Virus record (IMG/VR): IMGVR_UViG_3300005325_000009
Location: 1-38,433 of that record
DNA length: 38,433 bases
Source: a virus
Lineage: Duplodnaviria > Caudoviricetes
Strand: one strand, 5' to 3'
The position numbers and the translations under genes are program-made. Numbering within the stretch: position 1 is the stretch's first letter; each line of letters opens with the position of its first letter. The notes beneath the pieces were generated by a model. The model saw only the letters and a list, made by a program, of their open reading frames with translations. It searched no databases and was not told the DNA's origin. This document shows, piece by piece, positions 1 to 9,014 of the stretch.

Positions 1-1
1 T

Positions 2-514
2 TCCATCTATTCCCAGGCGACACTGCCCGCGCTGAAATCCGTAGGCGGCGACCTTTCCATCTATTCCCAGGCGACACTGCCCGCGCTGAAATCCGTAGGC
101 GGCGACCTTTCCATCTATTCCCAGGCGACACTGCCCGCGCTGAAATCCGTAGGCGGCGACCTTTACATCTATTCCCAGGCGACACTGCCCGCGCTGAAAT
201 CCGTAGGCGGCTACCTTTACATCAATTCCCAGGCGACACTGCAAGCCGACGCGCTGAAATCCGTAGACGGCTACCTTTCCATCAATTCCCAGGCGACACT
301 GCCCGCGCTGAAATCCGTAGGCGGCTACCTTTCCATCAATTCCCAGGCGACACTGCCCGCGCTGAAATCCGTAGACGGCTACCTTTCCATCAATTCCCAG
401 GCGACACTGCAAGCCGACGCGCTGAAATCCGTAGGCGGCGACCTTTACATCAATTCCCAGGCGACACTGCCCGCGCTGAAATCCGTAGACGGCTACCTTT
501 CCATCAATTCCCAA
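2..514 (+). repeat. In-frame tandem repeat, 9 full units plus a partial (seven of 54 nt, two of 60 nt)
   Basis: Units start at 2, 56, 110, 164, 218, 278, 332, 386, 446, 500; core tcccaggcgacactg...gcgctgaaatccgtag. Confidence 0.97.
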
Positions 515-994
515 ATAAACACCAAATTTGAGAAAAGGTTATGGAAAAACCATCGTAACAACCAATGGTATTTGACGAATAATTGTTCAGAGTGGTTATT
601 ATCGCAAGTAGGCAAAATAAAATATCGGATAGACGAAGTAGAATTTGATAAAGAGTTATTCGATAAAGTGCGTAAAGATAAACTATCAGCCCAAGAAGTT
701 TTTACAATTACCAATATGGAACAGCGTAGGATCGCCTATGAGAAGATGGATAAAATTAAGATGTCCAGCCTTCCTGATTTGAAGATACTCGAAGAAACGG
801 TGGATAATTGCGGCAACAAAGTGCGCTTGGTTACTTTCACCGTTCCCGAATATACCGAGCCATTTAAATTCTTGCATTGCGTATGTCCAAGCACGAAGAG
901 GGAATATTACCTTGAAACGCAGCAGACTACTTGCGAATTGGCAAAGGCAAAGAGTTTCGGGCTTGAGGCGGTTATCTTCCATAAGGAGTGGTAA
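2..994 (+). CDS. 5'-truncated repeat protein: receptor-L-domain/LRR-like repeats plus C-terminal DUF6745-like domain
   Basis: Frame 2 is open from base 2 into ORF 572..994. Repeats SIYSQATLPALKSVGGDL fit LxxLxxVxGxLxI. C-terminus has NMEQRR and CVCPSTKREYYL, motifs I associate with DUF6745. Confidence 0.75.
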   Translation, partial: SIYSQATLPALKSVGGDLSIYSQATLPALKSVGGDLSIYSQATLPALKSVGGDLYIYSQATLPALKSVGGYLYINSQATLQADALKSVDGYLSINSQATLPALKSVGGYLSINSQATLPALKSVDGYLSINSQATLQADALKSVGGDLYINSQATLPALKSVDGYLSINSQINTKFEKRLWKNHRNNQWYLTNNCSEWLLSQVGKIKYRIDEVEFDKELFDKVRKDKLSAQEVFTITNMEQRRIAYEKMDKIKMSSLPDLKILEETVDNCGNKVRLVTFTVPEYTEPFKFLHCVCPSTKREYYLETQQTTCELAKAKSFGLEAVIFHKEW

Positions 995-1078
995 TAGAAT
1001 TAGCCCAGGAAAAGAAATCCCGGCAGGATATTGCGGAGATAAAATATTTGAAGAAGCATAAATAAAGGAGGTTTCTAA

Positions 1079-1387
1079 ATGACCAGGCCAACGGTGAAGG
1101 AAGCGATTAACTACTGCGAGAGATTATTAACATTTCCTGTAATGCGGGAAGATTTTAGTAACTTTAAGGATGAGGATAAAACGGAAAATGCTATTAAAGT
1201 CCTCATCACCGCAGCCCAAGATTCAGAAAAACTGCGGGAGGCAACAAGGAAGGCGTATATAAAAATGGAGGAAGCTCGTATCTTGAGTGTTAAAGAGCCT
1301 ATGCAGTTAAGCGATAGAATTACATTGAATGGATTGATACGGGAAGCCCAATCAGCACTTAACCCCACAACGCAGGAGGATAGATGA
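1079..1387 (+). CDS. Hypothetical protein
   Basis: ORF with AAGGAGG ribosome-binding site upstream; ATGA overlap with next gene. Confidence 0.75.
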   Translation: MTRPTVKEAINYCERLLTFPVMREDFSNFKDEDKTENAIKVLITAAQDSEKLREATRKAYIKMEEARILSVKEPMQLSDRITLNGLIREAQSALNPTTQEDR

Positions 1388-1590
1388 AAGATAAAATAAC
1401 CGCCCATTTTAACATTCAACTTTGGGTTGAGTGTCCGCATTGTAAAGACAGTTTTGATGTAATGAAAACGGATGAATGGAATAGCGGAGGATACGAGGGT
1501 GTAGAGTTTGAGAGCCAAGAAGGAATTGATTTAGAGTTAACTTGCCCCCAATGCCACAAGGAATTTATTATAAATGATACTTGCTATTAA
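1384..1590 (+). CDS. Small zinc-ribbon protein
   Basis: CPHC...CPQC pair; GGAGG upstream. Confidence 0.75.
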   Translation: MKDKITAHFNIQLWVECPHCKDSFDVMKTDEWNSGGYEGVEFESQEGIDLELTCPQCHKEFIINDTCY

Positions 1591-1612
1591 AACACCAGAA
1601 AGGACTAACCCA

Positions 1613-2047
1613 ATGACCCATACCAAGCAGATAGCGGAGTTGAAGGCAGATAAAAAAGAATATTGGATAACACCGCCAGAAATATATAAAAAATTAGATG
1701 ATGAGTTCCACTTCGATTATGATCCGTGTCCTTATCCATATATTGGAATTGATGGGACGGAAACTGATTGGGGAAAAAGCACCTACCTTAACCCCCCCTT
1801 TCGTAAATCGGATGGGAAAAATGGGAAAGGACCAACAGCTTTTATCCGTAAGGCGATTGAGGAAAACAAAAAAGGTAAAACCGTAGTGGTTATGATAAAT
1901 ACAAACTCTTTTATAAATATGCTAATAGAGGCGGGTGCAGAAATGCGGTCAATGAAAAGGGTTAAATGGTTAGATGGACAAACTAAAGAACCGTGGAAAA
2001 ATTCATCTAATACGACTTGTTTTATTTTACGGGGTAAAACAAAATAA
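1613..2047 (+). CDS. Phage DNA N6-adenine methyltransferase (Dam_phage-like)
   Basis: WITP...F..DPCP...W..YLNPPF motifs; start moved to ATG 1613 (AAGGA upstream) within ORF 1574..2047. Confidence 0.85.
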   Translation: MTHTKQIAELKADKKEYWITPPEIYKKLDDEFHFDYDPCPYPYIGIDGTETDWGKSTYLNPPFRKSDGKNGKGPTAFIRKAIEENKKGKTVVVMINTNSFINMLIEAGAEMRSMKRVKWLDGQTKEPWKNSSNTTCFILRGKTK

Positions 2048-2119
2048 CCATCAAATCGGTGGTGGATCTAACCCCGGGATAGGTTGTTGGGATTGTAATT
2101 ATGGATTAGAGGATAAATA

Positions 2120-2383
2120 ATGAGCGTTTACATCGATCGACCAATAATTGAGTTTTGCGGAACCGCAAGTTGTCATTTGGTAGCGGATACCGAACTTGAA
2201 CTTGACCGTATGGCGTACCTCCTAAATATTAAAAAGAGTTGGAAGCGGCATAATAAGGGTGTACCATATTATACGATAACTATGGGGAGGAGGTATAAGG
2301 CGATAAGGTACGGTGCGCAATCGGTAAGTCAGGATTTTGTGGTACAGTTTATTCGGGATCATAAAAAAGGAGTGATGGTATGA
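2120..2383 (+). CDS. DUF4031-like protein
   Basis: MSVYID...CHLVADT..EL..MA..L....W...RR.KAI.YGA pattern. Confidence 0.8.
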   Translation: MSVYIDRPIIEFCGTASCHLVADTELELDRMAYLLNIKKSWKRHNKGVPYYTITMGRRYKAIRYGAQSVSQDFVVQFIRDHKKGVMV

Positions 2384-2769
2384 CAGAGAAGAAGATGCAA
2401 ACGATGGTAGAGGTATTAGCTGCGTTGATGTATTTTGATTCAGTAAAGCCGGAGAAGCGTAAAGATATGATCATGTTTGAGAAGTTGACGGAAGCGGAGC
2501 AGTCGCCGTTTCTGGCCCAGGTACAGAAGTTCTTGGCGGCGATCGGGAAGATGGGTATGCAGATCAATAAATGTACCGATAAAAAGAAAGAGGTTGAGGT
2601 CCGGGCTGTGGCCGCAGATCAGTTGACTGTAAAAATAGAAGAATTCGTTAAAGGGCTTAAAACCGTTAAGCCGGCGTTATTCCCTTGTCGGGAACTTGCG
2701 TTGAGGATCTTGGCGCCTCAAGTGGTAGAGAAGCAGGAAGAGGTTAAGCCTGAAGCCTCTAAGGAATGA
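2380..2769 (+). CDS. Hypothetical protein
   Basis: 129-aa ORF, ATGA-coupled on both sides. Confidence 0.75.
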   Translation: MTEKKMQTMVEVLAALMYFDSVKPEKRKDMIMFEKLTEAEQSPFLAQVQKFLAAIGKMGMQINKCTDKKKEVEVRAVAADQLTVKIEEFVKGLKTVKPALFPCRELALRILAPQVVEKQEEVKPEASKE

Positions 2770-2912
2770 CAAGTACTTGGTTAATGAAGGCTTTGGGAGG
2801 TTTTTTTATTTTGATCGCGGTAGTTTCTGTATTTGAGAGGAATGGACCGCGTGCCTTATTCTACTTCTGTTCTGCCGGGTTACAGGCGGCTTTAGTATGG
2901 GGGATGCGATAA
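2766..2912 (+). CDS. Small membrane protein (48 aa), not in ORF track
   Basis: MTSTWLMKALGGFFILIAVVSVFERNGPRALFYFCSAGLQAALVWGMR; fills the gap exactly with ATGA and TAATG overlaps. Confidence 0.65.
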   Translation: MTSTWLMKALGGFFILIAVVSVFERNGPRALFYFCSAGLQAALVWGMR

Positions 2913-3310
2913 TGAATAAATATGGGAATAAGTGGGCGCGGTGTTTATCCGGGCATACTCATCAGTCAATAGCCGAAGCTAATTACTGTAACCGGCTGTT
3001 GGCAATGCGGCAATCCGGAGAAATTGTAGGGTATCGTTGCCAGGTATCGTTTGAGTTGCGGGTGAAGAAAGAGTTTATCTGCGTGCATGTGGTGGATTTT
3101 ATGGTAGTAAAGCGCGTCTTATCCGGTAAGAAAGATGATCTGGTTTTAGAAGCGCATGAAGTAAAAGGGTTCCGTACGGATATCTGGGGGTTAAAGTATA
3201 AATTATTTAAAGCTTTATATCCTAAGGTTCCGTATATTATTATCGACAGAAAGGAGGATAAAAACGGTGGAGAAAACAAAAAGAGAAGGGGATGTAAAGA
3301 TGGAGCTTAA
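2912..3310 (+). CDS. DUF1064-like PD-(D/E)xK endonuclease
   Basis: MNKYGNK start, S..EA, Q..F.L, VDF, EVKG motifs; likely start 2912 within ORF 2897..3310. Confidence 0.8.
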   Translation: MNKYGNKWARCLSGHTHQSIAEANYCNRLLAMRQSGEIVGYRCQVSFELRVKKEFICVHVVDFMVVKRVLSGKKDDLVLEAHEVKGFRTDIWGLKYKLFKALYPKVPYIIIDRKEDKNGGENKKRRGCKDGA

Positions 3311-3548
3311 GCAGTTCGATCCAAAGGCGGAAACCGATGTGGTCATGGAGAAGGTCTTAAAGTCAAAGGGGTTTGTGTTATTTGTCGCGGTCTTAACCGA
3401 CAAAAAGGATAAAGACGGGAATTTTATTATCGATTCCCATCTTATCCGGCATCATTACGGCTTTGAAGACCTCGCCAAGGCGCCGGCTGTTTTAAAGGGG
3501 ATGTGTTTCAATGAGGCGCTGGGGTTGATGGGGTTGCGTAAAGAATAA
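3267..3548 (+). CDS. Hypothetical protein
   Basis: ORF with AAGGAGG upstream of GTG start. Confidence 0.65.
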   Translation: MEKTKREGDVKMELKQFDPKAETDVVMEKVLKSKGFVLFVAVLTDKKDKDGNFIIDSHLIRHHYGFEDLAKAPAVLKGMCFNEALGLMGLRKE

Positions 3549-3554
3549 GGATAA

Positions 3555-3710
3555 ATGACCGCGCTCGAGAAATTTCAACAGGCGATGAATAAAATCTCCC
3601 CGTTCTGGACCAAGAATATCGAAGTTACGGCCCAGGATGGGGAGATTGTTCTTATTAAAGTAGAGGGGTTTTGCTTTAAAAGTGATAAAGATAAAAAACA
3701 AAATCCTTGA
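3555..3710 (+). CDS. Small protein (51 aa), DUF2292/YezD-like; not in ORF track
   Basis: MTALEKFQQAMNKISPFWTKNIEVTAQDGEIVLIKVE...; IEV..QDG.IV.I pattern; AAGGA upstream. Confidence 0.55.
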   Translation: MTALEKFQQAMNKISPFWTKNIEVTAQDGEIVLIKVEGFCFKSDKDKKQNP

Positions 3711-3736
3711 CAAATTAGTGTTTTTGTGTTTATAAT
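3707..3736 (+). promoter_or_regulatory. Sigma70-type promoter upstream of the terminase operon
   Basis: TTGACA (3707-3712), 18 nt, TATAAT (3731-3736); both hexamers are consensus. Confidence 0.8.
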
Positions 3737-3775
3737 TTAAGTAATTAGATAGATTAAAGGCTCTTACTGAGCTCC

Positions 3776-3823
3776 AGAAGAGCGGTTTGTATTTAAAAAA
3801 TACAGATCGCTCTTCTTTTTTTT
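3776..3823 (+). terminator. Intrinsic terminator/attenuator in the terS leader
   Basis: agaagagcggtttgtattt / aaatacagatcgctcttct stem (2 G-U pairs) followed by T8. Confidence 0.75.
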
Positions 3824-3833
3824 AAAGGGGAAC

Positions 3834-4514
3834 ATGAGTAATAAACCGCATCCGCAAAAAATCACGCCTAAGAAGATCAAAAAACAGTTAAGTCCTCGTC
3901 ATCAAACATTTTGCAGAGAATACCTTATTGATTTTATTGGCGCTAAAGCCGCTATACGCGCGGGTTTTTCTGAACATACAGCCGCTGAACAGGCCTCAAG
4001 GTTGTTAAGCAAAGTTAAGATTCAGGAAGAGATCAATCGCCTCCGTCGAGAAAGAGAGAAACGCCTCGAAGCATCCGCAGATTTTGTCGTCCGGGAATTG
4101 ATGAAGATAGCGAAGTTTGATATCCGCGATCTTTTCAATAAAGACGGATCTTTGAAGCATATTACGGATTTAGATCCGGATGTAGCACGGGCTTTATCTG
4201 GATTTGATATTGATGAGATATGGGATGGTAAGGGGAAAGATAAAGAACAAATAGGCGAAACCAAAAGATTCAAGGCTTGCGATAAGGTTCGGGCTTTGGA
4301 AGCTTTGGGTGAACATTTCGGTATCTTTAAACGGTTAGGGGTTAAAGGCGCTGATGAAGAAGAGGCGAAACATAAAAAGCGCGATCTTCTTCAGGTGATC
4401 AAAATTCTTTCAAAAGATGGACAAATTACCACTATCGAAAATAGAGTTGGAGAAAGCTCAGGCGCAGCCGATGGAATGGATCAATCTGGCCCTGGGAACA
4501 TCCGTATTCTCTAA
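3834..4514 (+). CDS. terS: Terminase small subunit
   Basis: LSPRHQTFCREYLID...AAIRAGFS...A...ASRLL HTH and DKVRALE.LG.H.G.F, typical of the Terminase_2 family. Confidence 0.93.
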   Translation: MSNKPHPQKITPKKIKKQLSPRHQTFCREYLIDFIGAKAAIRAGFSEHTAAEQASRLLSKVKIQEEINRLRREREKRLEASADFVVRELMKIAKFDIRDLFNKDGSLKHITDLDPDVARALSGFDIDEIWDGKGKDKEQIGETKRFKACDKVRALEALGEHFGIFKRLGVKGADEEEAKHKKRDLLQVIKILSKDGQITTIENRVGESSGAADGMDQSGPGNIRIL

Positions 4515-5874
4515 AGGCCAGGCTGAGATCCTCCGCGCTATTCCTCGGGCTATTACGGAGAATAAGCCTATTGTAGTGCCTTCGGCTAATATGCAGGGCA
4601 AGGATTTCATCTGTGGCCGGATCCCTTTATGGTTCCTCTTTTCATACGCTCCTTCCAAAGTAATTATTACCGCTCCTACTGATCGTCAGGTAAAAGAAGT
4701 TATCTGGGCTGAATTAAGTACTGCCTGGAATAACGCTATTGTTGATCTTCCTGGCCGGTTGCTTACTTGTAAGGTTGATGTTGAACCTGATTGGTTTATT
4801 CTGGCGTTTACCACAAAAGAATCAGGTGATCAGACAGGTAAAGCCCAAGGGTTCCACTCTCCCAATGTCTGCGTTATTATTTCAGAGGCCCAGGCTGTTG
4901 AGGATAAGATCAAAGAGCAGCTGGATTCGTTGTTAGGCGGCGCGCATAACCTTTTGATCGAGATTGGTAACCCTCTCCAGACTACTGGGTTTTTTGCCCG
5001 GGATATGGAAGATACCACAAACAATATCGTTATTACCCTGGATGCTTTGGATTCGCCTAATTACCGGTTCAAGAAGATTGTTGTTCCTGGTATGGCCAGT
5101 TATGATTGGATTGAGAAACGCCGGCAGTTATGGAATCCTGAAGGTACTGAAGATGATCCCCGGTGGTTGGCTCGTGTGCGGGGAAGAAAACCAAAGTCAT
5201 CGATTGATACTTTGTTTTCCGATGAATTGGTTGAAAAGATGGTTACTCAAGAGCCGCGCGTGGTTAATCGTAAGATCGTGGTGTCAAATGATCCTGCCGG
5301 GATGGGTGATGATGAAGAGGTTATTTATGGCGGGATATCTGGGAGGATATCTAAACAGGATATTCAGGCCAAGAGTACCGGTCCTACAAGTTGTTCTCGC
5401 ACTTTGCAGATGGCTAAAACAGTGGGGGCAAACCATATTATTATAGACTGTGATGGTCTTGGCCAGCCGATAGCTGACTTTATCCGGGGAATAAAGCCTC
5501 AGGGTGTTACTTTGCAGGAAGTCCATAACCAGGGTAAACCGGAAGATGAGCAGTATTACAATCTGGCTGCTGAAATGTGGTTTTACGCTAAAGCTGAGGC
5601 GGAAGCGGGTAGAGAACGAATCCCTAATGATGAATACCTTAAAGAAGAGTTAAAAGAACGAAAATACTTTATCAATGTTCGCGGTAAGATTCAGCTTGAA
5701 TCCAAAGAAGATGTGAAAGATAGGATCGGTAGATCTCCAAATCGGGCCGATGCTTGGGTAATGAATGTATGGGCTCGGAAGAGTTCTTTGGTTATTCATA
5801 AGAAAGATGTGTGGTCAGATTCCCAAGAACAGTCAGAAGTGTCGCGTGGACCGCTTAGCGCGATGGCTGCTTAA
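4417..5874 (+). CDS. terL: Terminase large subunit
   Basis: Walker A SANMQGKD, TAPT.RQV, GFH, Walker B variant IISEA, GNP, nuclease DPAGMGDD, ID.DGLG, ESKE...GRSPNRADA; 98-nt overlap with terS. Confidence 0.93.
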   Translation: MDKLPLSKIELEKAQAQPMEWINLALGTSVFSKGQAEILRAIPRAITENKPIVVPSANMQGKDFICGRIPLWFLFSYAPSKVIITAPTDRQVKEVIWAELSTAWNNAIVDLPGRLLTCKVDVEPDWFILAFTTKESGDQTGKAQGFHSPNVCVIISEAQAVEDKIKEQLDSLLGGAHNLLIEIGNPLQTTGFFARDMEDTTNNIVITLDALDSPNYRFKKIVVPGMASYDWIEKRRQLWNPEGTEDDPRWLARVRGRKPKSSIDTLFSDELVEKMVTQEPRVVNRKIVVSNDPAGMGDDEEVIYGGISGRISKQDIQAKSTGPTSCSRTLQMAKTVGANHIIIDCDGLGQPIADFIRGIKPQGVTLQEVHNQGKPEDEQYYNLAAEMWFYAKAEAEAGRERIPNDEYLKEELKERKYFINVRGKIQLESKEDVKDRIGRSPNRADAWVMNVWARKSSLVIHKKDVWSDSQEQSEVSRGPLSAMAA

Positions 5875-5886
5875 AAGGAGCATAAG

Positions 5887-7770
5887 ATGGTTGAGGAATT
5901 AAAGACAAGTAAGGATAGTGAAGTAAAAGACGATAATCTGCGGACCGAGATCACTGCCCGGAAAAAACGGTGCGAACAATATTATGGTCCTTGGGATGTG
6001 GTGGCTAAAGAGGACTATGAGTTTGCGCAAGGTAAACAATGGCTCGATGAAGATGTCCAGGCTTTAAAGGATGCTGGCCGGCCTTGTCTTACTTTTAACC
6101 GAATCCGGCCAATTCTTAATTTAGTGTCGGGGTACCAGCGGGAAAATTCTGCCAGGATTAAGGTCAATCCCGAAGGCGGAGAGGATAAGATATTCTCTGA
6201 GGTATGCGATAAAGCAATCCACTTTGTAGATAAATTATCTCATCTTACTCATAAGTTAGGGTACCAGTTTGATGATGGGATAAATTGCGGTAAGGGATGG
6301 ATCGAAGCGATAATTTCATATGACCGTGATCCTGTTCGCGGAGATATTATATTCAAGCAAAGGACTCCGTATCAGGTCCGGCCAGATCCGGATTGTATAG
6401 AATATGATATCAATGAAGGCGCAAAGTATCTCTTTAAAGGCCCGGTGAAGTTATCTAAAGATGAACTGATAGAACTTTATCCGGATAAGGCGAAGTTAAT
6501 CAAGGGATTTGTTAAAGATGATGACGATCCGGTTACTAATGGTTCCGGAGTGTTATCCGAAGGCGATAATGATAATTATGGGAATAATCCCAATTCTACT
6601 ACCGTTAATCAATCAGCAGCCGCGGATACCCAGGAAGATGATGATTCTGATTTTGATGGTGATCAGAAGTTTACCTTACAGGAATACTGGAGATATAAGC
6701 ATGTTGCCAAGTTTTTCGTGGTTGAGGTAGAATCTGGTGAACCGCACCGGTTTGATACTAAAGCTGAAGCAGAGGAATTGATCTTCAAGCAGCAATCCGG
6801 GAAGGTTATTGAACGCAAGGTGCCAGAAATGTGGGTTGCGGCAATGGTATGTGGGCATATTGTTCAGGATGTTAAATCGCCGTTTGAACCTTTCTATTCC
6901 GGATACCCGTTCTTCCGGTATATGTCAGACTGGTCGCCGAACGCTGAAACTGAGGTATTAAGGGTTCAAGGATTGGTCCGTCAGGTCAAGGATCCACAAA
7001 GGGAAAAGAATAAGGCTAAGTCGCAGTATCTTCATATTCTTAATACCCAAGCTAACTCCGGATGGGTCGGAGAAGAGGGGGCATTGTCCGAAACCGGATG
7101 GAAAGAGCTTGAACAAATGGGATCTAAGCCTGGTATTGTGATCAAGGTAAAGAAGAATTACGGTGCTACTCTTCGCGAGATATTGCCTAAAGGCCCTAAC
7201 GCTGGGCATATTCAGCGAGAACAGACGGCTGATGAAGAGTTTAAACAGATATTAGGGATAAATCCTGATCTTATGGGGATGCAGGAAGGTACTGCCAGTG
7301 GCCGCGCTATCGCTATGAGGATCAAGCAGGCTATTCTGGCTTTAGTTAAGATATTCCAGAATTACCGATATACTAAAGAGATCATCGGCAAGTTCATTCT
7401 TGAGATGGTTCCTATGGTATTTGATGAGAAGAAGCTGATGAAAGTTCTGGGTCCGCAGTATATGAAAGAACAGGTATCTGAAAAGAATCCGGAAGGGTTG
7501 ACTCCCGGGATGCTTGCTGCTTACCTCACAATGATCAAAGACAATAAATACGATGTCCTAGTTACTGAAGCTGACCAGAATAATACTGTGAGGTATGAAA
7601 CTTTCATGGAAATGATCGAAGTGATGAAGGTGGGCGGCCAGATACCTCCTGATCTTCTGATTGAGTATATGGATATCTCAAATTCTGAAGAGGTAAAGAA
7701 ACGGGTTTTAGCTTGGATGCAGCAGGTAACCGCTGCAAAGTCCGCGCAAGGCGCACCGGGAGCCCAATAA
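5887..7770 (+). CDS. Portal protein, P22-like
   Basis: F..G.QW, GRP.LTFNRI, GLVR..KDPQRE.NK..S, SG.AI motifs; follows terL. Confidence 0.93.
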   Translation: MVEELKTSKDSEVKDDNLRTEITARKKRCEQYYGPWDVVAKEDYEFAQGKQWLDEDVQALKDAGRPCLTFNRIRPILNLVSGYQRENSARIKVNPEGGEDKIFSEVCDKAIHFVDKLSHLTHKLGYQFDDGINCGKGWIEAIISYDRDPVRGDIIFKQRTPYQVRPDPDCIEYDINEGAKYLFKGPVKLSKDELIELYPDKAKLIKGFVKDDDDPVTNGSGVLSEGDNDNYGNNPNSTTVNQSAAADTQEDDDSDFDGDQKFTLQEYWRYKHVAKFFVVEVESGEPHRFDTKAEAEELIFKQQSGKVIERKVPEMWVAAMVCGHIVQDVKSPFEPFYSGYPFFRYMSDWSPNAETEVLRVQGLVRQVKDPQREKNKAKSQYLHILNTQANSGWVGEEGALSETGWKELEQMGSKPGIVIKVKKNYGATLREILPKGPNAGHIQREQTADEEFKQILGINPDLMGMQEGTASGRAIAMRIKQAILALVKIFQNYRYTKEIIGKFILEMVPMVFDEKKLMKVLGPQYMKEQVSEKNPEGLTPGMLAAYLTMIKDNKYDVLVTEADQNNTVRYETFMEMIEVMKVGGQIPPDLLIEYMDISNSEEVKKRVLAWMQQVTAAKSAQGAPGAQ

Positions 7771-7799
7771 TCCCGGAATGGCATTAAGGGGAGGTTGTC

Positions 7800-8996
7800 A
7801 TGGCAGGAGAAAAAGTGGTAGTTGATGAGAAAGCGTTAGAGAAGAAACTGGATAATAACGAGCCTCTTACTAAAGAAGAGGAGCAGTTTCTTATGGAAAA
7901 TCAGGGAGCTCCGCAGGATTTTGGCGGTCAACCCGGTCCAGCTATGGTTGAGGAAAAGGAAGAAGGCGGGGAGAAGAAAGAAGAAAAATCCACGCAGGAA
8001 CCGGCTGAGAATGCCGCGGAAAAAGAAGCACAGAAGGCTCAGGATGCTTTAAAGGAACGAGCGAAAGCCGTAGGATTAACGGAAACCGCTACTGAAGCGG
8101 ATATTCAGGCGGCGGAGAAGAAAAAGGAAGAAGAGGAAGATGCCAAGGATCCTTTTCTAAAGGTCGAACGGTTACTCCAGAAAGAAGAAAAAGATGTAAC
8201 CGAAGCCGATCTGAAAGACTATACCAAGCGCGAAAAGGCATATTATTATCAGATGCGCAAGGATCGTAAACTCCGGCAGAAAGCGGAAGAAGACCGGGAT
8301 GCCGCGCGGTTTGAACTGTCTAAACTGAAGAAGAAAGACGAAAAACCGCCGGAAGAAAAGCAGGAAGGTGATAAACCCGCAGAAGAAGCTGACGATCCTC
8401 TTAAAGGAAAAGATGATACTGATTTTCTTACTGCCGGGGATATCCGGAAAGTAATGGCTGCGGCTAAGAAGCAAACCGGAGCCGCTCCAATGAATATTAT
8501 GGCTTTACCCGCGGTACAGCGGTTTATCGAAAGTAGCGATAAAGAAGCGCGAACCTTAAAACCGGATTACGATGATGTAATGGAATTAACCAAAGAAATT
8601 ATTAATACAAACCCGGCTTACCAAAAGCAGGTAGCCGAAGCTTTCGCAAAAGGCGATAATCCAGCTCTAAAGATGTATGAGCTGATAAAAGCGGATCCGG
8701 AATACGCTAATTTGATTCCCGCGGCGCAGACTAGAGTTCTGGCCAGGAAAAAGAATTCCGAAAATAAGGATGAGGTTAAACCGGCCGTGAATACTAAGAA
8801 AGCGCAGGAAGCGGCCGCAGTAGAACAAGCGATCGAAAATAACGATAAAAAACCAAAAACTTCCGGGCATGCCGAAGGTAAAGATAAACTTGAGGGTACC
8901 GATCTGACGATCGAGCAGATATCGAAAATGTCGGATCGGGAATTTTCGAAGTTACCCAAAAAGACACGAGATAAGTACCTAGAGCTGTACGGATAA
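7800..8996 (+). CDS. Probable capsid scaffolding protein
   Basis: E/K-rich helical protein between portal and capsid; C-terminal MSDREFSKL motif. Confidence 0.75.
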   Translation: MAGEKVVVDEKALEKKLDNNEPLTKEEEQFLMENQGAPQDFGGQPGPAMVEEKEEGGEKKEEKSTQEPAENAAEKEAQKAQDALKERAKAVGLTETATEADIQAAEKKKEEEEDAKDPFLKVERLLQKEEKDVTEADLKDYTKREKAYYYQMRKDRKLRQKAEEDRDAARFELSKLKKKDEKPPEEKQEGDKPAEEADDPLKGKDDTDFLTAGDIRKVMAAAKKQTGAAPMNIMALPAVQRFIESSDKEARTLKPDYDDVMELTKEIINTNPAYQKQVAEAFAKGDNPALKMYELIKADPEYANLIPAAQTRVLARKKNSENKDEVKPAVNTKKAQEAAAVEQAIENNDKKPKTSGHAEGKDKLEGTDLTIEQISKMSDREFSKLPKKTRDKYLELYG

Positions 8997-9014
8997 ATCT
9001 AGGAGGGTTTCAAG

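Noticed and set aside
2-514. CRISPR array
   Set aside because: Units are contiguous multiples of 3 nt in an open frame, with no unique spacers and no cas genes
2-514. Diversity-generating retroelement target
   Set aside because: No reverse transcriptase or template repeat in the window; most adenines are invariant and variation is two-state, so it is not called
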